Shown: one piece after another, positions 1-9,636 of the stretch | How positions within the stretch are numbered: position 1 is the first letter of the stretch | Layout of the letters: each line of letters opens with the position of its first letter | Assembly (NCBI RefSeq): GCF_900095195.1 | Contig: NZ_LT606950.1 | Location: 546,164 to 578,163 of the forward strand | Reading direction: 5' to 3' | From: Polynucleobacter necessarius | Lineage (GTDB): Bacteria > Pseudomonadota > Gammaproteobacteria > Burkholderiales > Burkholderiaceae | Length of the DNA: 32,000 bases | Translations under genes and position numbers: made by a program | Notes under the pieces: generated by a model | The model's input: the letters and a program-made list of their open reading frames with translations, nothing else | Database searches by the model: none | Told to the model about the DNA's origin: nothing

Positions 1-19
1 GTCCGTTATTGCTTCTATC

Positions 20-2266
20 TTGGCGCAATCGAGTCGCCATCTTTTTGGTCCGACCTCGGCACCTACTACCAGCCCACTAAAACATCAGGTCGTCTCGATT
101 GAAGGCTTGATTTCAAAGTTGGGCTACCTCAAGCCCGAAGAAATTGCCCAAGTTAAAAAAGCATTTCAGTTTGCAGATGCTGCTCACCTAGGACAATATC
201 GCCATAGTGGTGAACCTTACATTACCCATCCAGTTTCCGTAGCGGAGTTGTGCGCCACCTGGCGTTTGGATGCTCCTTCCATTATGGTAGCGCTGCTGCA
301 TGATGTGATTGAAGATACAGGCTGTACAAAAGCCGATTTAGTTGAGAAGTTCGGTGCTAAAGTTGCTGAGCTCGTAGAGGGCCTAATAAAGTTGGACAAA
401 CTGGAGTTTCAGAGTCATGCAGAAGCGCAAGCAGAAAGCTTTCGCAAAATGTTTATGGCGATGGCGCGGGATGTCCGAGTGATTCTGGTGAAGTTGGCGG
501 ATCGTACGCACAATATGCGTACCCTAGATGCGGTGCCGATGGCAAAGCGTCGTAGGGTCGCCGCTGAAACCATTGAGATCTATGCGCCAATTGCCCGTCG
601 TTTGGGGCTGAATGTGATCTATCGTGACCTTCAGGACCTTAGCTTCCGTTACTCCATGCCCATGCGTTTCCGAGTCATTGAGGGGGCTGTTAGACGGGCG
701 CGAGGCAATCGCAAAGAAATGGTAGAGAAGATTTTGCAAGCCTCCCGCATGGCGTTTGCAAAAGCCAATCTGAATGTTGATCTGCGTGGCCGTGAAAAAA
801 CTCTGTATAGCATCTATAACAAGATGCGCACCAAGCATGTGAGCTTTTCTCAGGTATTGGATGTGTATGCGTTCCGCGTGACTGTGAGTAGCATTGATGA
901 GTGTTACCGTGCGCTCGGTATTTTGCATTCCTTGTATAAACCGATGCCCGGTAAGTTTAAGGATTACATTGCAATTCCCAAGCTCAATGGTTACCGGTCT
1001 CTCCACACCACCTTATTAGGTCCATCCGGAGTGCCAGTCGAGTTTCAAATTCGGACAACGGACATGCATGCGGTGGCAGAAGCCGGAGTTGCCGCACACT
1101 GGGCGTATAAGGATGGCTCACCTGATATGAGCGAAGTCCAAAACCGTGCTCACCAATGGCTTCAGTCCTTGATTGATATTCAAGACAGTAGTGGCGACTC
1201 GCAGGAATTCTTGGAGCACGTCAAGATTGATTTGTTCCCCGATGCGGTTTATGTGTTTACACCGAAAGGGCAAATACGCGCATTGCCCCGCGGTGCAACG
1301 GCTTTGGACTTTGCCTATTCCATTCACAGTGATTTAGGAAATACCTGCGTTGCTGTCAAGATCAATGGCTTGCAATTGCCGCTTCGCAGCGAGCTGAAAA
1401 ACAGCGACATCATTGAAGTGATTACTTCAGCGAACTCGCAGCCTAATCCGGGTTGGTTAGCTTTTGTACGCACTGGTAAAGCACGCGCTGCGATTCGACA
1501 CGCTTTAAAAACCAAACATTACTCCGAATTGTTGCAATTGGGCGAGCGTTTGTTGGTAAACAGCTTATGTCAACAAGGAGTTGATGCATCTTTATTGACC
1601 CCGGAGATTTGGGAGAAGCTGATGCATTGGACGGGGGATAAAAATCGCGAGGAGGCCTGCGTCAACATTGCGCTTGGTCGCCGCTCACCCCAGGAACTCG
1701 CCATTCGTCTCAAAATCCTCGTTGATGAAGAGGGTGGAACTGAACAAATGCGTTTTGGCGCAGCGGATTGGGTCACACCCAATCAAGAATTGCATCCTCA
1801 CCAGCATCAACGTCAAGCGATTTTGGTCGATGGGCGCGAGGGCAATTCCATTAGCTTTCAATCCTGTTGCCATCCCATTCCTGGCGACAACATCATCGGC
1901 TATCTTGGCAAAGGTGATGGCTTGCAAGTCCATACGAATGACTGCCCAGTAGCCTTGCGTATGCTTTCTAAAGACAGTGATAAATGGGTAGAAGTAGAGT
2001 GGAGCAAAGAGCTTAATCGAGAATTTGAAGTCGATTTAGCGATTGATACGCGTCAGGGTAAAGGTGTTTTAGCCCGCGTGGCGAGCAGTGTGACTTCTGC
2101 GGATTCGAACATCATGAATGTTTCGATGGAAGACCGCTTTAAAGAAGATTCCGTCACTATTTGTTTTACGATTCAGGTGTATGACCGTCTGCATTTATCA
2201 AAAGTGATGCGTAGCTTGCGCACCAATCCCGACGTGATGCGCGTAACGCGTACCCGCGCTTTATAA
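20..2266 (+). CDS. spoT: bifunctional (p)ppGpp synthetase/hydrolase, RelA/SpoT family
   Basis: Uninterrupted 748-aa ORF. It has the HD hydrolase motif 'HDVIEDT', the synthetase region 'KDYIAIPKLNGYRSLHTT', a TGS-like region ('VYVFTPKGQIRALPRGATALDFAYSIHSDLG') and a C-terminal ACT-like region. The TTG start at 20 comes from the ORF track, so the true start is uncertain. Confidence 0.9.
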   Translation: MAQSSRHLFGPTSAPTTSPLKHQVVSIEGLISKLGYLKPEEIAQVKKAFQFADAAHLGQYRHSGEPYITHPVSVAELCATWRLDAPSIMVALLHDVIEDTGCTKADLVEKFGAKVAELVEGLIKLDKLEFQSHAEAQAESFRKMFMAMARDVRVILVKLADRTHNMRTLDAVPMAKRRRVAAETIEIYAPIARRLGLNVIYRDLQDLSFRYSMPMRFRVIEGAVRRARGNRKEMVEKILQASRMAFAKANLNVDLRGREKTLYSIYNKMRTKHVSFSQVLDVYAFRVTVSSIDECYRALGILHSLYKPMPGKFKDYIAIPKLNGYRSLHTTLLGPSGVPVEFQIRTTDMHAVAEAGVAAHWAYKDGSPDMSEVQNRAHQWLQSLIDIQDSSGDSQEFLEHVKIDLFPDAVYVFTPKGQIRALPRGATALDFAYSIHSDLGNTCVAVKINGLQLPLRSELKNSDIIEVITSANSQPNPGWLAFVRTGKARAAIRHALKTKHYSELLQLGERLLVNSLCQQGVDASLLTPEIWEKLMHWTGDKNREEACVNIALGRRSPQELAIRLKILVDEEGGTEQMRFGAADWVTPNQELHPHQHQRQAILVDGREGNSISFQSCCHPIPGDNIIGYLGKGDGLQVHTNDCPVALRMLSKDSDKWVEVEWSKELNREFEVDLAIDTRQGKGVLARVASSVTSADSNIMNVSMEDRFKEDSVTICFTIQVYDRLHLSKVMRSLRTNPDVMRVTRTRAL

Positions 2267-2294
2267 ACTCAGTTACTTCATCCTTACGGGATCT

Positions 2295-2328
2295 ACTAGG
2301 GATACTGAACAACTAGGGATACTGAACA
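2295..2328. repeat. perfect 17-bp tandem duplication (actagggatactgaaca x2) covering the greB stop codon
   Basis: Positions 2295-2311 and 2312-2328 are identical when read directly. Copy 2 encodes the last greB codons (..DVQYP) plus the stop at 2313-2315. Copy 1 lies just beyond the stop. Confidence 0.9.
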
Positions 2329-2813
2329 TCTAGTATTTCAATTTCGGTGGGTCCAGTAGGTGTTTGGATCACTACACAATCGCCAAGTCTGGCTTTAATG
2401 AGAGCTCGCGCGATGGGAGATACCCAGCTCACATGGCCTTTTTCAAGATCGACTTCATCCACACCCACGATAGTGATCGTAGTCTCTTGACCCGCCTGTT
2501 TTCCCTCTAATGGGGAGTAGGTAACGGTTGCCCCAAAGAAGATTTGCTCGGCATCCGCTTCGCCTGACTTGCGGGCGGAATTATCGACCACCACAGCAAA
2601 TTCCAGGCGTTTATTCAGGAAACGAATACGTCGATCGATCTCCCGCAACCGCTTTTTGCCATAAATATAGTCCCCATTTTCGGAGCGGTCGCCGTTGCTT
2701 GCTGCCCAGTGAACCACCTTGACAACCTCTGGCCTATCAAGGTTTAGAAGCTGTAGGAGCTCGGCTTTGATCCGCTCGTGGCCAGCCGGGGTGATGTAGT
2801 TCTTCTCTTCCAT
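2313..2813 (-). CDS. greB: transcription elongation (cleavage) factor GreB
   Basis: ORF-track ORF 2313..2909 trimmed to the ATG at 2811-2813 ('MEEKNYITPAGHERIKAELLQL'). It carries the Gre-family core 'GDRSENGDYIYGKKRLREIDRRIRFLNKRL'. The first 32 codons of the listed ORF are simply the antisense of the tRNA. Confidence 0.85.
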   Translation of the reverse strand: MEEKNYITPAGHERIKAELLQLLNLDRPEVVKVVHWAASNGDRSENGDYIYGKKRLREIDRRIRFLNKRLEFAVVVDNSARKSGEADAEQIFFGATVTYSPLEGKQAGQETTITIVGVDEVDLEKGHVSWVSPIARALIKARLGDCVVIQTPTGPTEIEILDVQYP

Positions 2814-2831
2814 GGCATAATTATGGCTGTT

Positions 2832-2908
2832 GCGGCTGTAGCTCAGCTGGATAGAGTACTTGGCTACGAACCAAGGGGTCGTGGGTTCAATTCCTGCCAG
2901 CCGCACCA
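2832..2908 (+). tRNA. tRNA-Arg (anticodon ACG)
   Basis: Hand-folded cloverleaf. Acceptor stem gcggctg/cagccgc. D-arm gctc-agctggata-gagt. Anticodon stem cttgg/ccaag with loop ctACGaa. T-arm gtggg-ttcaatt-cctgc, which has two G-U pairs. A 3' CCA is encoded. Confidence 0.9.
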
Positions 2909-3002
2909 TCTCATTAGGGGTCTAGTTTGAAAACTGGGCCCTTTTCATTTTGGAGTATTTCACGAAGGTTTCTTGTGGATACCTTCTTGATAAAATCTCA
3001 AA

Positions 3003-4502
3003 ATGTCTTCAAAGCCCATATCTGATACCACTCTACCCAATAGCACCCACGGCGCGGTAGATGTCATTTTGGATACCGCATATCAAGGAATCAGCCCAAA
3101 AAACTGGGCTAGCCTGTTTGACTTGGCTCGTAAATCCCAGTTACCAGAATTTATTGCTAATCTGTTCGCTGGCGAACATGTCAACCAAAGCGAAGATCGT
3201 CCGGCCTTGCATTCAGCCTTGCGCAATCTCTCCAAAACACCAGTGATTCTGGATGGTAAAGATGTCATGCCAGCGGTGACTGATGTTTGGAAACGAATGG
3301 AGGCGCTTTGCAATAAATGGGTTGGCGTAACGGATGTCATTCATATTGGTATTGGTGGTTCTGACTTTGGCCCCCGCCTTGCGATTGAAGCACTGGCTCA
3401 CGTCCCCAAACTTGAAAGCCGCGGTATGCGCATGCATTTCTTGGCCAACATTGATACGGCAGAATTAGCTCGCATTTTGGACAAAGCGCAACCCAATAGC
3501 ACGCGTGTGGTGATTGTGTCGAAGTCATTCACCACCTTAGAAACCACCATGAACGCTAAGGCTGTTGTGGCTTGGCTAAAGGCCCATGGGTGTACCAAGG
3601 GTCAAATTAGCAAAGCCTTATTTGCGGTAACGGTCAACATCCCTGCTACCAAAGAGTTTGGCGTCGAAGAAGACCATATTTTCCCTTTCTGGGATTGGGT
3701 AGGCGGTCGATATTCCGTCTGGTCTGCCGTTGGATTGCCGATAGCACTGCAATATGGCTTTAAGACCTTTGAAGAGTTTCTAGCAGGCGCACATGCCATG
3801 GATTTGCATTTTAAGAGTGCGCCACTTGAAGAGAATCTCTCTGTCATTATGGCACTCGCCCTGCTCTATCAACAACAAAAACGCGATGTCAAAGCCTACG
3901 CTGCCATTCCGTATGCTGATGCTCTGGATTGGTTTCCGAGATGGTTGCAACAACTGGATATGGAAAGCAATGGCAAGAGTATTGGCATGGACGGCAACCC
4001 AGTTAAATACTCTTCCCCAGTTGTTTTTGGTAGTGCCGGAAGTAATGCACAGCACTCCTACTTCCAACTGTTTCATCAAGGCCCAGAGGTCATTCCAATT
4101 GACTTTATTGCCGTGCGCAAACCCATGAGCGATCGACCCGAGGCCATTGCCCATCACCGCATCCTGCTCTCGAATTGCTTGGCGCAAGCCCAAGCCTTAG
4201 CGCATGGTAAATCGGACAGCAACCCTAATAATGTTTACCCTGGCAAGCGCCCGAGCAATTTACTGCTCCTACCAGAACTCAATGCGTTTTATTTAGGCGC
4301 TCTACTCGTCCTTTACGAAAACCGTGCTGCCACTTTAGGCGCTCTCTGGAATATCAATAGCTTTGATCAACCTGGCGTAGAATACGGCAAGGTCTTGGCC
4401 AAGCCTATTGAGGCTGCGTTAAGTAGTGGCTCTAGCGATATTGTTGCCAATGAAAATATTGATGCGGTAACCGCCACTCGTATCAATCTTTTAAATAGTT
4501 AA
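3003..4502 (+). CDS. pgi: glucose-6-phosphate isomerase
   Basis: 499-aa ORF with PGI motifs 'IGIGGSDFGPR', 'SKSFTTLETTMNA', 'WDWVGGRYSVWSAVGL', 'QQLDMESNGKS', 'NAQHSYFQLFHQG' and 'FDQPGVEYGK'. It is shorter than typical ~545-aa proteobacterial enzymes and more divergent. Confidence 0.85.
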   Translation: MSSKPISDTTLPNSTHGAVDVILDTAYQGISPKNWASLFDLARKSQLPEFIANLFAGEHVNQSEDRPALHSALRNLSKTPVILDGKDVMPAVTDVWKRMEALCNKWVGVTDVIHIGIGGSDFGPRLAIEALAHVPKLESRGMRMHFLANIDTAELARILDKAQPNSTRVVIVSKSFTTLETTMNAKAVVAWLKAHGCTKGQISKALFAVTVNIPATKEFGVEEDHIFPFWDWVGGRYSVWSAVGLPIALQYGFKTFEEFLAGAHAMDLHFKSAPLEENLSVIMALALLYQQQKRDVKAYAAIPYADALDWFPRWLQQLDMESNGKSIGMDGNPVKYSSPVVFGSAGSNAQHSYFQLFHQGPEVIPIDFIAVRKPMSDRPEAIAHHRILLSNCLAQAQALAHGKSDSNPNNVYPGKRPSNLLLLPELNAFYLGALLVLYENRAATLGALWNINSFDQPGVEYGKVLAKPIEAALSSGSSDIVANENIDAVTATRINLLNS

Positions 4503-4529
4503 CGCAATCAACTTAAGAACAGAATTTCC

Positions 4530-5915
4530 ATGAAACTCTCTCCATCGATTTTTAAAGCTTATGACATTCGCGGCATTATCGATGAGACTCTCGATCCCTC
4601 GATTGCAAAATTAATCGGTCAGGCCTTTGGCACCGAAATGCGCAATCTCGGTGAAACAGAGATTGTGATCGGCAGAGATGGTCGCTTATCGAGCCCAAGC
4701 CTCATTGAAGCATTAACTGAGGGTCTTTTATCCACAGGCATCAATGTGATCGATTTGGGTATGGTGGCTACGCCAATGGTGTACTTTGGTGCGAATCAAG
4801 TGCTCGATGGTAAAAAGCCAAAATCCGGCATCATGATTACAGGCAGCCATAACCCGCCAAATTACAACGGCTTCAAAATGGTTCTGGGTGGCTCAGCCAT
4901 ATACGGCGAGCAAATTCAGGCATTGCGCAAACGCATTGAAGCAACAGATTTTGTTTCGGGGCATGGAAACCGCTCTACCTTTGATATCTTCCCGATGTAC
5001 CTGAAACATATTGTTGGCGATGTGAAATTAGCCCGCCCTCTCAAGATTGCCGTGGATTGTGGCAATGGTGTTGGCGGCGCATTTGCTGGTCAATTGTTTA
5101 GAGCCATGGGTTGCGAAGTGCAAGAACTCTTTTGCGAGGTGGATGGTCATTTTCCGAATCACCATCCCGATCCAGCACATCTTGAGAATCTGCAAGACCT
5201 AATTAAAAACTTACAAACCACGGATAATGAGCTCGGTCTTGCCTTTGATGGCGACGCCGATCGCTTGGGTGTAGTGACCAAAGACGGTCAAGTGATCTTC
5301 CCCGATCGCCAGATGATGCTTTTTGCAAAGGACGTACTCTCCAGAAATCCGGGTGGCCAGATTATTTACGACGTGAAGTGCACTCGTAATCTTGCCAGCT
5401 GGGTAAAGCAACATGGTGGTGAGCCGCTGATGTGGAAAACTGGCCATTCGTTAGTGAAAGCCAAGCTCAAAGAAACTGGCGCCCCTCTTGCTGGTGAAAT
5501 GTCAGGACATATTTTCTTTAAGGATCGTTGGTTTGGTTTTGATGATGGTCTATACACCGGTGCACGTTTACTAGAGATTCTGTCCAAAAAAAAAGATCCT
5601 AATAAAGCACTTAATGACTTACCAAATGCTATCTGCACCCCAGAATTACAACTGGTTTGCGCCGAAGGCGAGCCTTTTGTTTTACTAGAAACGATTAAAG
5701 CCAATGCGAAGTTCCCCACATCTGAGTCCATTAATACTATTGATGGCGTGCGCGTGGAATACAAAGATGGTTTTGGTCTCGCAAGGCCATCCAATACCAC
5801 TCCGGTGGTAGTGATGCGCTTTGAAGCAGATAGTGAAGCAGCCATTGCGCGCATTCAGGCGGAGTTTAAAGCGGTGTTGTTGGCTGCTAAGCCAGATGCA
5901 ACGTTGCCGTTCTAG
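4530..5915 (+). CDS. phosphomannomutase/phosphoglucomutase (alpha-D-phosphohexomutase family)
   Basis: 461-aa ORF with the active-site serine loop 'TGSHNPPNYNGFK', the metal loop 'FDGDADRLG' and the sugar loop 'GEMSGHIFF'. It starts 27 nt after pgi and is probably co-transcribed. Confidence 0.9.
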   Translation: MKLSPSIFKAYDIRGIIDETLDPSIAKLIGQAFGTEMRNLGETEIVIGRDGRLSSPSLIEALTEGLLSTGINVIDLGMVATPMVYFGANQVLDGKKPKSGIMITGSHNPPNYNGFKMVLGGSAIYGEQIQALRKRIEATDFVSGHGNRSTFDIFPMYLKHIVGDVKLARPLKIAVDCGNGVGGAFAGQLFRAMGCEVQELFCEVDGHFPNHHPDPAHLENLQDLIKNLQTTDNELGLAFDGDADRLGVVTKDGQVIFPDRQMMLFAKDVLSRNPGGQIIYDVKCTRNLASWVKQHGGEPLMWKTGHSLVKAKLKETGAPLAGEMSGHIFFKDRWFGFDDGLYTGARLLEILSKKKDPNKALNDLPNAICTPELQLVCAEGEPFVLLETIKANAKFPTSESINTIDGVRVEYKDGFGLARPSNTTPVVVMRFEADSEAAIARIQAEFKAVLLAAKPDATLPF

Positions 5916-5951
5916 GCAAGCACAAATCAGGGGCTCGGTTTAAGAGCTCGT

Positions 5952-7077
5952 ATGACCTCAACCGCTAGTGCTCCAATCGCCTTTGATTATCCCCAACAAG
6001 ACTCAGCGGGGGTTACTTGCACTGCCCAAGCTTGGGCCAAGGTTCCCCCTCATTTGGCTGGACCAGAGAAGGCAGCAGTCGTTGCTCGCATTAAACAGTT
6101 GCTTGTGGAAAAAGATGCTGCGTTAGTCGCTCACTACTATGTGGATGGAGATATTCAAGATTTAGCACTGGAGACCGGCGGCTTTGTGGCGGATTCCTTA
6201 GAGATGGCACGTTTTGGCAAAAATCATTCCGCCAAGAATTTAATTGTTGCTGGTGTGCGCTTTATGGGTGAGACTGCCAAGATTCTGAGCCCTGAAAAAC
6301 GCATCTTTATGCCCGACTTGGATGCAACGTGCTCTCTTGACTTAGGCCGTGATGCATCCGACTTTGTAAGGTTTCGTGCTTTGCATCCCGATCGCGTGGT
6401 GGTTTACGCCAATACCTCAGCCGCTGTTAAAGCTCAGGCCGACTGGATGGTGACCAGCTCTTGCGCCCTAGCAATTGTTCATCAATTGAAAGTAGAAGGC
6501 AAAAAAAATCCTCTGGGCACCCGATCGTCACTTAGGTAGATATATTCAGGAACAAACTGGCGCTGATATGTTGCTCTGGAATGGTGCCTGTATCATCCAT
6601 GATGAATTCAAGGCGGCTGAGTTAGAGATTCTGAAAGCTGCGCACCCTAATGCCAAAATCTTGGTTCACCCTGAATCACCACAAGCCGTAGTTGATTTAG
6701 CGGATGTGGTGGGATCTACTTCAGCCATGATTAAAGCCGTCGTCGACGGCACCGCAACTGAATATATTGTGGCAACCGATAAGGGCATCTTGCACCGCAT
6801 GCGTCAGTTAGCTCCGAATAAAAAACTCATTGAAGCACCTACAGCGGGTAATGGTGCAACCTGCAAGAGCTGCGCCCACTGCCCCTGGATGGCCATGAAT
6901 GGCTTGCAAGGCATTTTAGATTGCCTAGAAAATGCTTCCGGCGAAATCTTTATCAATGAGCCAATTCGAGTAGAGGCGCTCGGTTGCATTGAACGTATGC
7001 TCGATTTCACTAAAAATCACCCCGATCTTCTTGCCAAAGCACAGCATGGCTTTGTTAAGAATATTGGCGCCGCTTAG
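5952..7077 (+). pseudogene. nadA: quinolinate synthase NadA, frameshifted
   Basis: ORFs 5952..6539 and 6568..7077 are the two halves of NadA ('[12 protein letters not shown]', 'ATCSLDLG', '[12 protein letters not shown]' / 'GACIIHDEF', '[13 protein letters not shown]'). The frames join across an A8 run at 6501-6508. With A7 the reading is '..[31 protein letters not shown]..'. This is the only lesion I saw. Confidence 0.85.
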
Positions 7078-7146
7078 AATTCATTTCATTTAGCGTTTGT
7101 TCATTACTCATCATTGTTCATTTGGTCACTCTTCTTCAATTTATTC

Positions 7147-8003
7147 ATGTTTGATTTCAACGAAACCTTAGAGCAAGCTCGTCAACGCAATATTCACGAT
7201 GCCTTGATGGAGGATATGGGCATCTGCGATTGGACCGCGAAATTAGTTCCCAGTAAAGTTGTTCAGGCGCAATTGATTGTGCGCCAAGATGCGGTGCTCT
7301 GTGGTGTGGATTGGTTTGAGGGCACGCTGAAGAAATTAGACCCCAACGCCAAAATCACCTGGCATTACATCGAGGGCGATATGATGGAAACAGACACCAA
7401 GGTCTGCGATATCTCTGCGGATGCTCAAGCTCTGCTCTCCGCTGAGCGCACTTGTATCAATTTTTACAAACTCTGTCTTGGACTGCCAGCATCACCCGCC
7501 AACACGTTGATGCCATTGCTGGGGCCAGCCCGAATCCAAAAGGTTGCGCCGTTCTCGATACGCGCAAGACCATTCCTGGACTACGGCAAGCGCAAAAGTA
7601 TGCCGTACGAATTGGCGGTGGCCAAAACCAGCGGCTTGCCCTCTGGCATGGCATTTTGATTAAAGAAAATCATATCGCCGCCGCTGGAAGCGTCACTGCT
7701 GCACTTAAGAATGCGCAAGCTCTCAATTCTGGGGTGGATATTCAGATTGAGGTTGAGAATTTTGACGAACTTGAAGAAGCTTTGGCTGCAGGTGCTAAAA
7801 GTATTTTGATTGACAACTTTGATACCGAGCAAATGAAACAAGCGGTAGCCATCACGGCTGGACGTGCGCTCTTAGAAGCCTCTGGCGGTATTAATCTGGA
7901 TCAAATGCGTGCGATTGCCGCTGCTGGAGCGAATCGCATTTCTCTTGGCAAACTCACCAAGGATGTAATTGCTGTCGACTTCTCAATGCGTATTTTGGGA
8001 TAA
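7147..8003 (+). pseudogene. nadC: nicotinate-nucleotide diphosphorylase (quinolinate phosphoribosyltransferase) NadC, frameshifted
   Basis: ORFs 7114..7659 and 7452..8003 overlap. The frames join at the T5 run 7461-7465, and T6 would give 'SAERTCINFLQTLSWTASITRQHVDA'. The downstream part has 'LDTRKTIPGLR..KYAVRIGGGQN' and 'IKENHI'. The likely start is the ATG at 7147. Confidence 0.85.
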
Positions 8004-8008
8004 CTTAT

Positions 8009-9630
8009 TTACGCTTCCTGCGAAGTGTCGCTAGTTTCAACTTGTGGCGTCAAAATCGGTGGGTATGATACAGCCCAAGTTCCTGGGTAATCGCGACTGT
8101 AATGCAATCCCTGCTCTCACGACGCATCAAGGCTGAACGCACGATAAGCTCTGCACATTCAAGCAAATTTCGCAATTCAATCAAGTCGCGAGTCACTTTA
8201 AAATTAGCGTAATACCCCTGCACCTCATAACGAAGTAACTTAATACGGTGCAGCGCGCGATCTAGTCGACGATTCGTTCGCACAATACCAACGTAGTTCC
8301 ACATGAGAGAACGTAATTCATCCTAGTTATGGGCAATCACCACCTGCTCGTCCGCATCCTCGACTTGACTCTCGTCCCATAGGGGTAGGCTTGGCATTGC
8401 TGGCGTCTTCAATCCGGAGATATCTTCAGCGGCAGCTTTGCCAATCACGACGCATTCCAATAAAGAGTTGCTTGCAAGGCGATTCGCGCCATGCAATCCA
8501 GTGTAAGTGGCCTCACCAACAGCATACAAACCTGGTAAGTCAGTGCGCCCCTTCAGGTCAGTGACGACACCGCCACAGGTGTAATGCGCTGCTGGAACGA
8601 CAGGTATCGGCTCTTTAGGATATCTAATCCCAGACTTAAACAACGCGCATAGATCATCGGGAAATGTTCTTTGATAAATGCTTCACCTAAATGAGTGGTG
8701 TCTAGGCAAACATAATCTAAGCCGTGCTTTTTCATTTCGAAGTCAATGGCACGGGCCACAATATCGCGAGGAGCGAGCTCATTACGCTCATCATGCTCGG
8801 GCATAAAACGTGTGCCATCTGGTAATTTAAGCAAGCCACCCTCGCCGCGCATGGCTTCGGTAATCAAAAATGTGCGATCACTTGGGTGGTAAAGGCATGT
8901 AGGATGAAATTGGATAAATTCCATATTGCCCACGCGACAACCAGCACGCCAGGCCATTGCAATTCCATCGCCCGTGGCTGTATCGGGGTTGCTGGTGTAG
9001 CGATAGACCTTACCGACACCACCAGTCGCAAGCACTACCGACTTAGCAGAAATGGTTTCCACGCGATTGTTTTTTATGTCGAGCGCATAGACTCCATAAC
9101 AACGATTAGGTTTTGTGCGCTGTGTTTTTGCATCCAAATGACGATTAGTAATGAGGTCCAAAGCAATCCAATTATGAGACTTTGCCTTATCAAGTAACAC
9201 CTCATGAATCGCTTTACCAGTTGCATCCGCAGCATGAGCAATTCGGCGATGGCTATGCCCACCCTCACGTGTGAGATGCAAGCCCATCGGTCCTGACTTA
9301 TCTTCTGTAAATGGAACGCCCTGCTCCACCAACCATTTAATCGCCTGAGCACTTTCTTCGGCGATATAACGTGCGGTTGACTCCACCACTAAACCCGCGC
9401 CCGCATTTAAGGTGTCTGCCACATGAGCATCAATACTGTCATGCTCTTGGTCGACAACACCTACGATGCCACCCTGAGCCCAAGCAGTTGCCAACTTCAT
9501 TTAAGCCTCGTTTAGCCATCAAAATGACGGGTTGCGTCTCTGCCATATGCAAAGCAACCGTCAAGCCTGCTAAACCGGCTCCGATAATCAGAACCGGTAA
9601 ATCTGCCTGAGACTGGGAAGAAGTTGGTGT
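8009..9630 (-). pseudogene. nadB: L-aspartate oxidase NadB, multiply disrupted and missing its start
   Basis: Four fragments on the minus strand. The FAD-binding N-terminus 'DLPVLIIGAGLAGLTVAL' sits in the tail of ORF 9439..9960. Then come 8553..9500 ('AWAQGGIVGV..DTLNAGAGL', 'RGEGG'), 8323..8643 ('[13 protein letters not shown]', '[15 protein letters not shown]') and 8050..8304. Lesions are frameshifts near 9495 and 8617, TGG->TAG at 8323-8325 ('[13 protein letters not shown]'), and a -1 shift in the C3 run 8109-8111 (one more base restores '[12 protein letters not shown]'). The restored frame ends at the stop 8009-8011. Confidence 0.85.
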
Positions 9631-9636
9631 GGGAAT

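Noticed and set aside
2814-2909. The N-terminal extension of the greB ORF (MVRLAGIEPTTPWFVAKYSIQLSYSRNSHNYA).
   Set aside because: This stretch is the reverse complement of tRNA-Arg. The Gre-family sequence begins at the ATG at 2811-2813.
2985-3005. A possible leaderless pgi mRNA, from a TAAAAT-like -10 element a few nt before the ATG and no SD.
   Set aside because: It rests on a single weak hexamer with no convincing -35. It cannot be supported without transcription start-site data.
6501-6508. The A8 run in nadA as a programmed frameshift or a functional transcriptional-slippage site.
   Set aside because: Even if some transcripts restore the frame, nadB has at least four independent lesions and nadC is also shifted. 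The pathway could not function, so simple decay or a homopolymer sequencing error is more parsimonious.
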